Virus record (IMG/VR): IMGVR_UViG_3300023117_001979
DNA: 20,000 nt
Reading direction: 5' to 3' (one strand)
Origin: an uncultured virus (IMG/VR IMGVR_UViG_3300023117_001979)
Lineage: Duplodnaviria; Heunggongvirae; Uroviricota; Caudoviricetes
The notes below the pieces were generated by a model. That model did no database searches, was not told where the DNA came from, and saw only the letters and a list, made by a program, of their open reading frames with translations. The position numbers and the translations under genes were made by a program. This document shows positions 1-8,499 of this stretch, one piece after another (position 1 is the first letter of the stretch; every line of letters begins with the position of its first letter).

Positions 1-1
1 C

Positions 2-166
2 CAGGTTCTAGCTAATTGGACTGCTAGAATTGCTCCTACGCGAGGAAAGGTATCTATGATAATGTCTTCTCACAAGGAGTTTGTCGCAGTTGATTCCCCC
101 AAAGGCCAACCAATTTCTTATACTCATATTGACCACCGCATGCTTGCAAGTGGTGAAGAAGAGTAA
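2..166 (+). CDS. 3' end of a hypothetical protein, truncated by the window edge (...HIDHRMLASGEEE*)
   Basis: Frame 2 is open from position 2 to TAA at 164-166; same strand and packing as the downstream genes. Confidence 0.65.
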   Translation, partial: QVLANWTARIAPTRGKVSMIMSSHKEFVAVDSPKGQPISYTHIDHRMLASGEEE

Positions 167-169
167 GTA

Positions 170-502
170 TTGAGTAGCAAAAGAAAGCAAAGTAAATCAA
201 CTACATGCTCCTGGGGCGATATAGTGCTTACTACTAAACAACTAGAATTTGCCAAACGGCAAACACTGAAAGAGCTCAAATCTTTGAATCTTTTTGTTAA
301 GAACGGTGTAAACTTACACTCTACTGGCTCAGCAGAAGAAAAAAATGCTGATACGGAGTTAGTAAGGACAGCACTGCAAAGTATTGAAAACATGGATATA
401 ACTCAGTCTAGTGTAGCCATCTTAATTTCTGCTTTACACCGCTTAGGTGTGGAAGCAAAGCTAGATGCTATCTTTGACTTAGAAGATTTGACTCCTGTAT
501 AA
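170..502 (+). CDS. Hypothetical protein (110 aa)
   Basis: ORF with TTG start (uncertain) and GGTGA at 152-156. Its TAA stop is the TAA of the first ATAAGTG. Confidence 0.65.
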   Translation: MSSKRKQSKSTTCSWGDIVLTTKQLEFAKRQTLKELKSLNLFVKNGVNLHSTGSAEEKNADTELVRTALQSIENMDITQSSVAILISALHRLGVEAKLDAIFDLEDLTPV

Positions 503-661
503 GTGCGGAAAGATACACAACCACACAAAATTCGCAAAGATTATGCGGCTAGGCTTGAAGCCTGGCGAACAAAACAAACGCAGCTAGCAGACTACAATAA
601 AGAAATGTCTCGTGCTAAACAGCGTACTCTTACAGATTTTTTCCCTGAACCTGAAGAGTGA
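503..661 (+). CDS. 52-aa microprotein with C-terminal PIP box (QRTLTDFF)
   Basis: Too short for the ORF track. Starts at the GTG of ATAAGTG and fills the 502-665 gap. Translation MRKDTQPHKIRKDYAARLEAWRTKQTQLADYNKEMSRAKQRTLTDFFPEPEE; QxxLxxFF is encoded at 620-643. Confidence 0.8.
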   Translation: MRKDTQPHKIRKDYAARLEAWRTKQTQLADYNKEMSRAKQRTLTDFFPEPEE

Positions 662-664
662 TAA

Positions 665-1357
665 GTGGCCAAAATTAAAATGGACCCGATTACTGGTAAT
701 ATTACCCATATCGATGGAGTACAATTACTGGTTCCAATATCAATGATAGATTGGACAAAGGCGACTCAGACTTATACTTCTTCATGTATTGAATACATAG
801 AAGAAAGCTACAAAGCACAAGAAAAATGGAACAGTGCTATTGGTGATTCTGAGATACTTAGTCTAGTCAAAAAGCATGTTGGAAAAGAAATTCTTGAAAG
901 ATTACAAGAAGAAAAGGGCTTTAGCTTGGTTATCGTCAGACCTACTGAAAAGTGGGAAGAGCCAGGTTATGAAGAGCCTCAAGCAGAAGGATTGGTCAAT
1001 TTAAACGACCTTAGACGAGTTGAGATAATTTGTATCGCAACTGACCTTCTAAAAACTAAAGTACGCCGTCAAAAAACTAGCATAAACAATGCTACTAAAC
1101 GGCGTCAACTTGCTATTTCTGTTGAAGAAATACAAGCAGAATGCAGAAAACAGTTGAGTTTCCCAACGAAAACTGTCTCTAGAGTCAAGGGCGTTAAGGG
1201 TTCTGAAGAACCTCATGACACTGATAATATTGATGAATTTTATCTAGAGAGCATTCCCGATATTCTTATTCAGGAAGGATGGAAACGGTATACAACTGAA
1301 AACTCCTTCGTACCCGAAGTAAACAATCACCCTTTTTGGGGGTCTTTGGATGAGTAA
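665..1357 (+). CDS. Hypothetical protein (230 aa)
   Basis: ORF starts at the motif GTG; no recognisable domain. Confidence 0.8.
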   Translation: MAKIKMDPITGNITHIDGVQLLVPISMIDWTKATQTYTSSCIEYIEESYKAQEKWNSAIGDSEILSLVKKHVGKEILERLQEEKGFSLVIVRPTEKWEEPGYEEPQAEGLVNLNDLRRVEIICIATDLLKTKVRRQKTSINNATKRRQLAISVEEIQAECRKQLSFPTKTVSRVKGVKGSEEPHDTDNIDEFYLESIPDILIQEGWKRYTTENSFVPEVNNHPFWGSLDE

Positions 1358-1772
1358 GATTTGCACCATTAGAGGGTGCAGAAGAAAGGTTCCTTCATTC
1401 ATTAAAAATAATCCTAAGGGCGAGCCGCTTTGTGCAGTTCATCATGGGTTACAAGTTAGAATGGAAGAAGATAGAATCACTTGTACTATTATTGATTGTA
1501 CAAGCATGGCTTATTCAGGCGGTCTGTGCAAAAATCATAGCCACAGCCCGCGTGAACCCCGTATGGACTTAACAAAGTGGCATACAGAAACAAGACAGGA
1601 CAAACTAAAGCTGACTCTAGGTAATGTACTTAGAAACAAGCGTCCTTTGCACTTGCTACAAATGAACGACTTCAATTGTCTTTATTGTAATGGAGATGCT
1701 CATAGCTCTCTTGGCGCAAGTCCCCCTCATTGTTGCCCAGTTTGCTGGGCGAAGATTGAAAAAATTAATTGA
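1350..1772 (+). CDS. Cys/His-rich multi-zinc-finger protein
   Basis: Two C-x4-C...C-x2-H units (CTIRGC...LCAVH; CTIIDC...GLCKNH) plus CLYC...CPVC. 8-nt ATGAGTAA overlap with the upstream stop. Confidence 0.75.
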   Translation: MSKICTIRGCRRKVPSFIKNNPKGEPLCAVHHGLQVRMEEDRITCTIIDCTSMAYSGGLCKNHSHSPREPRMDLTKWHTETRQDKLKLTLGNVLRNKRPLHLLQMNDFNCLYCNGDAHSSLGASPPHCCPVCWAKIEKIN

Positions 1773-1779
1773 GGAATAA

Positions 1780-2004
1780 GTGTTGATGACAATAATTCAA
1801 CTCATTGTGTTTACCAGTATTGCTCTTGGCTTACAGCACCTGTTGTACAAATATCAGGTGCTAGGCACATACACTAGCTGGTATCACCGCATCAAGCACC
1901 GAGGTGCTGGATGGGAATATTGGAGGAACCTGGTTATCCTATGGATAGCATTGGTACTCTCTACTGAAATTACCTACATCATAGGGTTGAGGCTTTATGG
2001 TTAA
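1780..2004 (+). CDS. Small membrane protein, two predicted TM helices
   Basis: Hydrophobic stretches IIQLIVFTSIALGL and LVILWIALVLSTEITYIIGL; motif GTG start. Confidence 0.7.
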   Translation: MLMTIIQLIVFTSIALGLQHLLYKYQVLGTYTSWYHRIKHRGAGWEYWRNLVILWIALVLSTEITYIIGLRLYG

Positions 2005-2527
2005 GGAAATTGAAGGAATTGTAAGTCCACCCACCGTAGTGTGGGACAGGTATACTGACAACTCGTTACGAACCAATAGCTTGGGAAATATCCCTGACGG
2101 TGAGTATCGCGTAGTTGATGAGTTTATTTGTAATTTTGAAAAGACTTACACACCCGGAGGCGATAATGACTGGAAAGAAGGAGATGCTCCTTGCCAGTAC
2201 ATCTATTCCGATACGCGAGTTACTGTCAGGTCAGGAATGTTTGACCTAGGACAACTTTTACAAGCCGCTGAAGAGCTAAAGACAAAATCCCACTATTGGG
2301 GTGTTTATCTTGAAATCGCTAAGTTTGTAAGGAGGCCTCGTGGTTCTGCTCCTAGTGAGTGGAATAACTGTAAAGACCAAAACATGCCGGGAGCTACTCG
2401 GCGTGATGGAACAGTTATACCTCCGTCTGTCATTGTAAGATGCAAGCGCAATCGATACAACGAAATGACAGAAGAAGAAAAACAAATGTGGGCCGAAGGC
2501 CTCATTTACATCGCATGGGGGAGCTAA
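1997..2527 (+). CDS. Hypothetical protein (176 aa)
   Basis: ATG start with GAGG upstream; 8-nt overlap with the previous stop. Confidence 0.75.
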   Translation: MVKEIEGIVSPPTVVWDRYTDNSLRTNSLGNIPDGEYRVVDEFICNFEKTYTPGGDNDWKEGDAPCQYIYSDTRVTVRSGMFDLGQLLQAAEELKTKSHYWGVYLEIAKFVRRPRGSAPSEWNNCKDQNMPGATRRDGTVIPPSVIVRCKRNRYNEMTEEEKQMWAEGLIYIAWGS

Positions 2528-2531
2528 CCTC

Positions 2532-2840
2532 ATGTCAGAACCTCAAATTGTAAGAGGGTCTTGGCCATATGGAGTGGTTGAGATGGATGACGGAAGAATT
2601 TTCGTCAAAGTAATAAATTTCCCTGTAACCGATGATTCGGGATATGCAGGTGAAAGTATGTGGGTCATTTTGACTGAAGGAGATGAATTTAATGGGGTTG
2701 GTACACTAAACAACCAGCCTCGACACTCTTCTATCGAACTTGGCTCATACATTCGATTCGCGGGTGGTACAGAAACCACAGAGCCGCGTTTTGTTCAGGT
2801 GGTAGCTTACCCACCTACTCAAGGTGAGAACCATGAGTGA
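2532..2840 (+). CDS. Possible DUF2314/YegJ-like protein
   Basis: GESMWV...GVGTLNNQP...IELGSYIRF resembles the E-x-MWV...G-x-L-x-N-x-P pattern of that family (from memory). GGGGAG SD upstream. Confidence 0.5.
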   Translation: MSEPQIVRGSWPYGVVEMDDGRIFVKVINFPVTDDSGYAGESMWVILTEGDEFNGVGTLNNQPRHSSIELGSYIRFAGGTETTEPRFVQVVAYPPTQGENHE

Positions 2841-3249
2841 AAGAATCGACTTGACTCAATTTGAAGGGTTAGGAGACTGGGAGGTTGTACCTCAACCAGA
2901 TGGTGAATACGCTATCGTAACAGGAAGAGATAATTCCTCCTTGGAAGAAGCGAATACTATCGCCAAACTACCTACTTTAATTGCTGAGTTGAAGAGATGT
3001 TATGACTTGATTGACAAGTTTCACTTTATGTATGGAGACTCTTTTGAAGAGTCTTTTTGGATTGCGACATGCAAGCCGGATGGCGAAGGCCAGTGCAGTG
3101 TGACTGTCAACTCATATGAAATTCTCATGCAAATGGTAGCCGCCAATGTGGTGGAAATACCAGAATATAGTCATGACCACACAGAACTCATTCTTTTAGA
3201 ATGCGAGTGTGGTGTGACTCATGAAGAATGGCTTGAAAGTAAAAACTGA
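2833..3249 (+). CDS. Hypothetical protein, paralog of 19239-19757
   Basis: Start moved to ATG 2833 behind AGGTGA SD, with ATGAGTGA overlap. N-terminal RIDLTQFEG..GDWEV..IAKLPTLIAELKRCYDLID is shared with 19239. Confidence 0.75.
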   Translation: MSERIDLTQFEGLGDWEVVPQPDGEYAIVTGRDNSSLEEANTIAKLPTLIAELKRCYDLIDKFHFMYGDSFEESFWIATCKPDGEGQCSVTVNSYEILMQMVAANVVEIPEYSHDHTELILLECECGVTHEEWLESKN

Positions 3250-3258
3250 AGGCTATAA

Positions 3259-3975
3259 GTGTCACCATGGAATATTGTTGATAACGATTTGGAGATTCTA
3301 AGACATGAGGATTGCCTCGGTGCTCTTGGTTTCTTCGAGTTCCTCCTAAGTGAGGGACTAAATGAGAACGATGTAATACCAAGTAATCATCGTGAAAACT
3401 TCTATCAAGTTGGTAGGGGTGATAGAGTACCATTTTTGGTAGTGAGCAACAACCTAAGCAAAACTGTTGCCCCCGAAGTTATTCGAGGTTTTGATAACCT
3501 CTTTCAAGAAGGGGTAAATCTAACAGGAGCTATGCTTACTTCTGATGATACTCACAAAGAGCTCAAGAGAAAATTTGAGCAACGGGAGTTCCAGCCTGGT
3601 CAAGAAATGATTGAAAAGGGACTCCTAGTAGAGTGCATTTTTTGGTATAGGGCGCGTCAACTAAGGACTCGTCGACCAAACTTGAAGCACACTGAGATTT
3701 TCGCCACTGTAAATGGTGAAATGGAAATTCTCAAAGAAGATATGAAGAATTTCATTGATTTTACAATTCAAACATCAATGATGAGCTTCGTTAATTATCT
3801 CGAATCGCATGGCTATGAAGGAACTGATGCTAATGCGATTAAGGTCACTATTGTAACTCTTCATTCTCAAGCAGGCGTGATTGTTCACCCTGAAGAAGAT
3901 GCAGAAATGCTTCGTGAAAACGAAAGAAAGGCTGCCAAGAAGAAGAAGACTTACTTTGACCCCTCATTCATGTGA
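3259..3975 (+). CDS. Hypothetical protein (238 aa)
   Basis: ORF starts at the motif GTG. Confidence 0.8.
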   Translation: MSPWNIVDNDLEILRHEDCLGALGFFEFLLSEGLNENDVIPSNHRENFYQVGRGDRVPFLVVSNNLSKTVAPEVIRGFDNLFQEGVNLTGAMLTSDDTHKELKRKFEQREFQPGQEMIEKGLLVECIFWYRARQLRTRRPNLKHTEIFATVNGEMEILKEDMKNFIDFTIQTSMMSFVNYLESHGYEGTDANAIKVTIVTLHSQAGVIVHPEEDAEMLRENERKAAKKKKTYFDPSFM

Positions 3976-3982
3976 GGTATAA

Positions 3983-4774
3983 GTGGGACTAGAAATTAAC
4001 CTACAATTTACTGCAAAATCCGTGGCGGAGCTTAGAGAACAGCTGACAGCTGCTTTGAGTGAGCTCAACGGAAGCGCAGTGGTGGAAACACCAAACAAGG
4101 CTACGAAAACCGAGAGGCCTAGTGCTGAGACTCCTAAAAAGGAAAAGAAGCCTAAAAGGCCTAAGAAAACGGTAAGGCGACCTAAAGCGCCAAAGGCTAG
4201 CTTAGAATGTAAAAGCTGCAAAGCAACGAGCACCCCTCAATGGCGCCGTAAAACGGCTCCTGAAGGGCCTCTTTGTAATGCATGTCACATGAAGCTATAC
4301 AAAGCTGAAAGAGCGGCCAAAAATAGCCCAAAAGAGAGTAGTGCAGAACGGTCTAGGCGGATTCGCCAAGAAAAGATTGGGTCTGCAGCTGCCTCAAAAA
4401 AGAAAAACAAACCTAAGGTAGAGAAGCTAGAGTTTGAACCTGCTGAAAAAATCGAAGCGGATATGTCCACTGAAGCATTTTACTTGTGGGCCCAGTCATA
4501 CTTGCCAGGAATGGTGATGCGTGACAAAACCTTCCTTGTTGCTTCTAAGGTCATTGAGACCTGGTTTACTACCCTAAGGCCACAGTCTGAATATGACAAG
4601 TGGTGTCTTAAAAATTTACAAACATTTACTGATGAAACTCGTAAGATGTTTGAAGTTTACCAAAAGGTACACCCTACCATTTTGATGATTCAAGATGCCG
4701 GGGACAATGTTGTACTTATGGTGAATAACCCGTCGGCCCTGACTTTTTCAAAGTTAGAAGGCCTACTGGAGTGA
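3983..4774 (+). CDS. GATA-type zinc-finger protein with flanking Lys/Arg-rich segments
   Basis: CKSCKATSTPQWRRKTAPEGPLCNAC at 4208-4285 is C-x2-C-x18-C-x2-C with the TPxWRR and LCNAC GATA signatures. Motif GTG start. Confidence 0.85.
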   Translation: MGLEINLQFTAKSVAELREQLTAALSELNGSAVVETPNKATKTERPSAETPKKEKKPKRPKKTVRRPKAPKASLECKSCKATSTPQWRRKTAPEGPLCNACHMKLYKAERAAKNSPKESSAERSRRIRQEKIGSAAASKKKNKPKVEKLEFEPAEKIEADMSTEAFYLWAQSYLPGMVMRDKTFLVASKVIETWFTTLRPQSEYDKWCLKNLQTFTDETRKMFEVYQKVHPTILMIQDAGDNVVLMVNNPSALTFSKLEGLLE

Positions 4775-4778
4775 TTTT

Positions 4779-5126
4779 ATGACTGAAGAAGAGGAAATCG
4801 AAGTTTATTTCCCTAAAGGTGAACACTTAGGTGTTCACATAGAATCCCCTGGAGCAGCCCTTTTGATGGTTACTCCTCTAGAGGGTGAGCGTTTCAGTCA
4901 AAGATTCGTAGTGTTGCTCCATTTTGGCGAAAACACATACAAGCTTGTACTTTCATGGTCCCCTTCCCGCGCAGGGGAGGAACGCATTCCATGGGGGACT
5001 TTAGATGGGAAGGAAATCGACCCAACTAAGCACCCACTATTTGGAACGAAAAATGAACAAGCTGGTTTATATCACAAAACTCTTCCACCGGGCTGTTATG
5101 TAGTCCGAGAAGAAATCAAGGTATGA
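4779..5126 (+). CDS. Hypothetical protein (115 aa)
   Basis: ATG start behind GGAGTGA; C-terminal HKTLPPGCYVVREE. Confidence 0.75.
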   Translation: MTEEEEIEVYFPKGEHLGVHIESPGAALLMVTPLEGERFSQRFVVLLHFGENTYKLVLSWSPSRAGEERIPWGTLDGKEIDPTKHPLFGTKNEQAGLYHKTLPPGCYVVREEIKV

Positions 5127-5133
5127 CCAATAA

Positions 5134-5331
5134 GTGAGTAACGAAAGTACTTTACAAACTAGTCTGCTAGAGGCTTCAAACGAAAACAATCGTCAATTGA
5201 AGCGAATTGCAGATAGCTTGGAAGAACTCCTTTCAATGATAAAGGGCGTTCAACCAGCTGAACTTGCGAAAAAGGCAAAGGAGCACAAAAAAGCTCAATC
5301 AAATCTGAAAAGGAGGCGAAATAATGAGTGA
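5134..5331 (+). CDS. Small basic coiled-coil protein
   Basis: Motif GTG start; LKRIADSLEELL heptads and a basic tail. Confidence 0.7.
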   Translation: MSNESTLQTSLLEASNENNRQLKRIADSLEELLSMIKGVQPAELAKKAKEHKKAQSNLKRRRNNE

Positions 5332-6634
5332 CGAATTATTACAAATGGCCCAAAGTTTGGGTTGTTCACCTACATTCGTTGAATTTGAAATGCTCCCGGT
5401 TACCTATTCGCAAATTGTACTGGTGGCGGGTCTGATTATTACTGACTCTCACCAACAAACTGGACCTAATTATGATGCCAACCAGCGTACAAGGTTTGAC
5501 CTTTGTACTGAAGTAGGTGATAATGGTCTTGCGATTATCTTCAACAACCATAACGGTGGTACTACTGGAGAAATCGTTTTCGACGCGCCAAAGTTTAGGC
5601 GTTCAAGTCGACACATAATTAATGCTCAAATTGACATGTCGCCAGGAGACTTTAGGCCTATGGTTCGTAACCGAAGGGCCACTTTATCTATTGGTGACAT
5701 GGGCTTGATTATTAGCAGTACCGATGACAATGAAATGCTACAAAAATACGGTCAACGAGCGGTTCGACGCTATGGTTATCGTAATTACAACAATCGTAGT
5801 CACTTTACTAGTCTAGGATTTAATGTAAACTGCAACCAAGGAATTCAAATTCAATATTCTTGGAACAAAAATGAGCATGTTTATGGCTGGTCAAATAATA
5901 CAGGTCACGCACAAACTACGGTTATTCCGTTCTTTGGAACAGAAAAGCCGACTAGAATTGAGCCTGTATTTGAAGCCAAATTCCCTTATGACACATTTAA
6001 AAAAATGTTGAACAGTTCGGGAAGAGCCAAAGATAGTGGTGGAGCTCTTTATTGGAGCTACAACCCTAAAACAAAGAAAATGTACACTGTTGGCGCATAT
6101 GCTAACGGTGAAATTTCAAAAGAAGGTCGTACATACAATACTTCAGCTTGGGTACATAACAGTGTAACTGAGCTAATTGCAGGGACAATTCCCTACCGGC
6201 CTTTTGGTGAAGCAATTGTAAACCGATACAAAACAGCTACCCATGCTGGATTTGGCATGGATGCACATGGTCGGCAGTACATTTGTATTTACTACCCATG
6301 GGGTCATATTCGATATAACCATATTACTTTTTCACATGGTGTAATCGAAGATGAGTCTGTGAGTGATATTTCGGGGCCAAAGGTCTCGTTAGAAAAGAAT
6401 GCACCTGCGTTCTTTGAAAACTACGATTTATCATTTGAGTACTCGCCTTATACCGCATCTGAGGAATTATTTCTCAACAAGTGGTACGCAGTATTCAACG
6501 AATACCAAGAAGAGCAACTTTCGCGGCCTAAACTGCCGAAAAAAGGTGAAATTCTTCAATGGTATATTTGTTTTTGTCAGAATGGAGATGTTACTGATGA
6601 GGACGCACTGCTAGCTCAGAAAATTTTGAGCTGA
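5324..6634 (+). CDS. Hypothetical protein (436 aa)
   Basis: Long ORF with AGGAGG SD and ATGAGTGA overlap; no confident domain. Confidence 0.85.
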   Translation: MSDELLQMAQSLGCSPTFVEFEMLPVTYSQIVLVAGLIITDSHQQTGPNYDANQRTRFDLCTEVGDNGLAIIFNNHNGGTTGEIVFDAPKFRRSSRHIINAQIDMSPGDFRPMVRNRRATLSIGDMGLIISSTDDNEMLQKYGQRAVRRYGYRNYNNRSHFTSLGFNVNCNQGIQIQYSWNKNEHVYGWSNNTGHAQTTVIPFFGTEKPTRIEPVFEAKFPYDTFKKMLNSSGRAKDSGGALYWSYNPKTKKMYTVGAYANGEISKEGRTYNTSAWVHNSVTELIAGTIPYRPFGEAIVNRYKTATHAGFGMDAHGRQYICIYYPWGHIRYNHITFSHGVIEDESVSDISGPKVSLEKNAPAFFENYDLSFEYSPYTASEELFLNKWYAVFNEYQEEQLSRPKLPKKGEILQWYICFCQNGDVTDEDALLAQKILS

Positions 6635-6641
6635 GCTATAA

Positions 6642-7046
6642 GTGGCTGAAAAATTGCTAAAAATTGGATGGAGGCATTCTGATGAGTTATGGAAAAATAT
6701 TTCCGACGAGTCAAGGCCTGCAATCCGTGAGTTTGTTGCTGTTATAGCAAATATCAAACCACTAAGAACAAGCGAAGATATTGAGGAGTTACTTGCAAAA
6801 GAGCTCCCTGATTTTTTTGACCAACGATTTAAACAGCTAACTGCTCGTACTACACACCCATTTTGGAGTGGGAACGGGGAGTTTAGTACTGTGACCAACC
6901 GCATCCTTTACCTGGGCCTTATCAATGAAAATATTGACAAGGAGATAGGAATTTTCAACATCATTATGCTACAAGACATTGTGTCTGCGGCTTTGGTGCG
7001 ATATAACGAACACATTATGCGGATGGATTTGGATGTCACTGGATAG
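6642..7046 (+). CDS. Hypothetical protein (134 aa)
   Basis: Motif GTG start. Confidence 0.75.
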   Translation: MAEKLLKIGWRHSDELWKNISDESRPAIREFVAVIANIKPLRTSEDIEELLAKELPDFFDQRFKQLTARTTHPFWSGNGEFSTVTNRILYLGLINENIDKEIGIFNIIMLQDIVSAALVRYNEHIMRMDLDVTG

Positions 7047-7542
7047 GTTAAATGAAGCCTTTACAGACGAAGTACCTCCATCCCAGGTCATAGTTAACAC
7101 CACAACTTACATTCGAAGCGAATATTTCAAAGACGGGTCGAGAGTTTTCTTCAGCCCGCTTGACTTCGCGTTGAATGGTCCAAAAGAAGGAACGATAATG
7201 GAAAGAGACTGCCCAAGCATGGGCTTATGCAAAGTAAAGGTGCTGAGTAAGCATTATGAGCATAATTCTGAAACCCCGTCCTTCGTGGAATGTCTCGTTA
7301 CTAAAAATAGTCGAGAATACAAAGTGTGGCTCATTGTTAGAGCTACACCGACCGTTATTGATAAATTTCGATTCCAATACATGGCAAGGATGCCTAATCA
7401 CAATTTTGCTATTATTCCTGACTATGTACTTGAAAACAAACTGCCGAAAAATCCCCACACTCCCTACAATGATGCGAGCTTTGGGTTCGCCGCAGTTACT
7501 GGAATTTCCATTGGAACACGAATCCCTGAGGATTTAACATGA
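7033..7542 (+). CDS. Hypothetical protein (~169 aa)
   Basis: Start probably ATG 7033 (MSLDRL...), which overlaps the upstream stop, rather than 6979. Confidence 0.7.
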   Translation: MSLDRLNEAFTDEVPPSQVIVNTTTYIRSEYFKDGSRVFFSPLDFALNGPKEGTIMERDCPSMGLCKVKVLSKHYEHNSETPSFVECLVTKNSREYKVWLIVRATPTVIDKFRFQYMARMPNHNFAIIPDYVLENKLPKNPHTPYNDASFGFAAVTGISIGTRIPEDLT

Positions 7543-8003
7543 CAATGAAAGATGATAACGAAAGAATTTTGGAGTTAATCCAAGAGCGAATGAAAGTAGG
7601 CGTAAAGCGCTACGGACATGGTCTCAAAAAAGAAGATGACACAACGCAATATGGCACTAAGACTGATTCTTGGACCGAAATGGGACTAGAAGAGGCTCTT
7701 GACTTGTCTATTTACTTGTCAACACAATTGCTTAGAATCCTCGACCGAGAGGCTAAGCAAAATGTTGCTATGATAAAAGAAGCGAATGTTGTCATGAGAA
7801 AAAAAATACAACGGTATGAAATGATTCATGCAGAAGCTATTCAAGACGAAACCATGCCTCACCCACACGAATGTACTTGTGGGGGAGATACGGGCTGTCA
7901 AATGATAAAGCCTGGCTGCTTGAATATTCGATTTCATGAAGCGGATATTTGTGACAAAGATTGTCACATCTGTCAGAATCCTGACGACTTCCCGCTTCTT
8001 TAA
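7539..8003 (+). CDS. Possible all-alpha NTP pyrophosphatase (MazG-like) domain with Cys-rich C-terminal tail
   Basis: ER...G.KRYG...W.EM.LEEALDLSIYL has the EExxD helix typical of virus-encoded all-alpha NTP-PPase-like proteins. Tail HECTC...C...C...C...CHIC. ATGA overlap. Confidence 0.5.
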   Translation: MTMKDDNERILELIQERMKVGVKRYGHGLKKEDDTTQYGTKTDSWTEMGLEEALDLSIYLSTQLLRILDREAKQNVAMIKEANVVMRKKIQRYEMIHAEAIQDETMPHPHECTCGGDTGCQMIKPGCLNIRFHEADICDKDCHICQNPDDFPLL

Positions 8004-8011
8004 GCCAATAA

Positions 8012-8491
8012 GTGTTACCTCGTATCACAAACCATATTACCCGTTTGTGGGGCCACAGGAAAAATGTCACTGATGACAGTAATCCTGGGCAAATGAAGAG
8101 TGTTGAAGTTAGTGAAGTCAAAATCACTGAACAAACGCTCGCTAACTTGAAGGAAGCAGTAAATCGAGCTGAAGAACGAATTGCTGCTTGTCGAAAGCGC
8201 TTCGGAAAAGAAGCACTAGAGGACATGGACCGTCGCTATGCTGAACGGAAAAATCCTCTCCCAAAGGAAGAGCAAGATGCACTATCTAAGGCACTTCCTA
8301 GGCTGCAATTGTGGCCTAGTAACCGACAAGGTGAACATCAATTGAAGATTTTTGCTTTTGAGGTAAATGACATGGACCCTGCAACTGAACCTAGTAAGCC
8401 TATTCTTGACGCTACTAAAAAATCAGTTGAAAGTAACCTACCTGACGAAAGGAAAGGTGGCTTCGACGGTCTAGGTTCACTCTTTGGGTGA
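8012..8491 (+). CDS. Hypothetical protein ending in an archaeal ribosomal-stalk-like tail (GLGSLFG*)
   Basis: Motif GTG start; extreme C-terminus ...GGFDGLGSLFG. Confidence 0.75.
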   Translation: MLPRITNHITRLWGHRKNVTDDSNPGQMKSVEVSEVKITEQTLANLKEAVNRAEERIAACRKRFGKEALEDMDRRYAERKNPLPKEEQDALSKALPRLQLWPSNRQGEHQLKIFAFEVNDMDPATEPSKPILDATKKSVESNLPDERKGGFDGLGSLFG

Positions 8492-8499
8492 ACATATAA

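Noticed and set aside
5324..6634. Possible divergent sliding-clamp (PCNA-like) fold suggested by VFEAKFPYDTFKKML
   Set aside because: The resemblance is limited to one short segment and the length does not fit; it cannot be supported without structure prediction.
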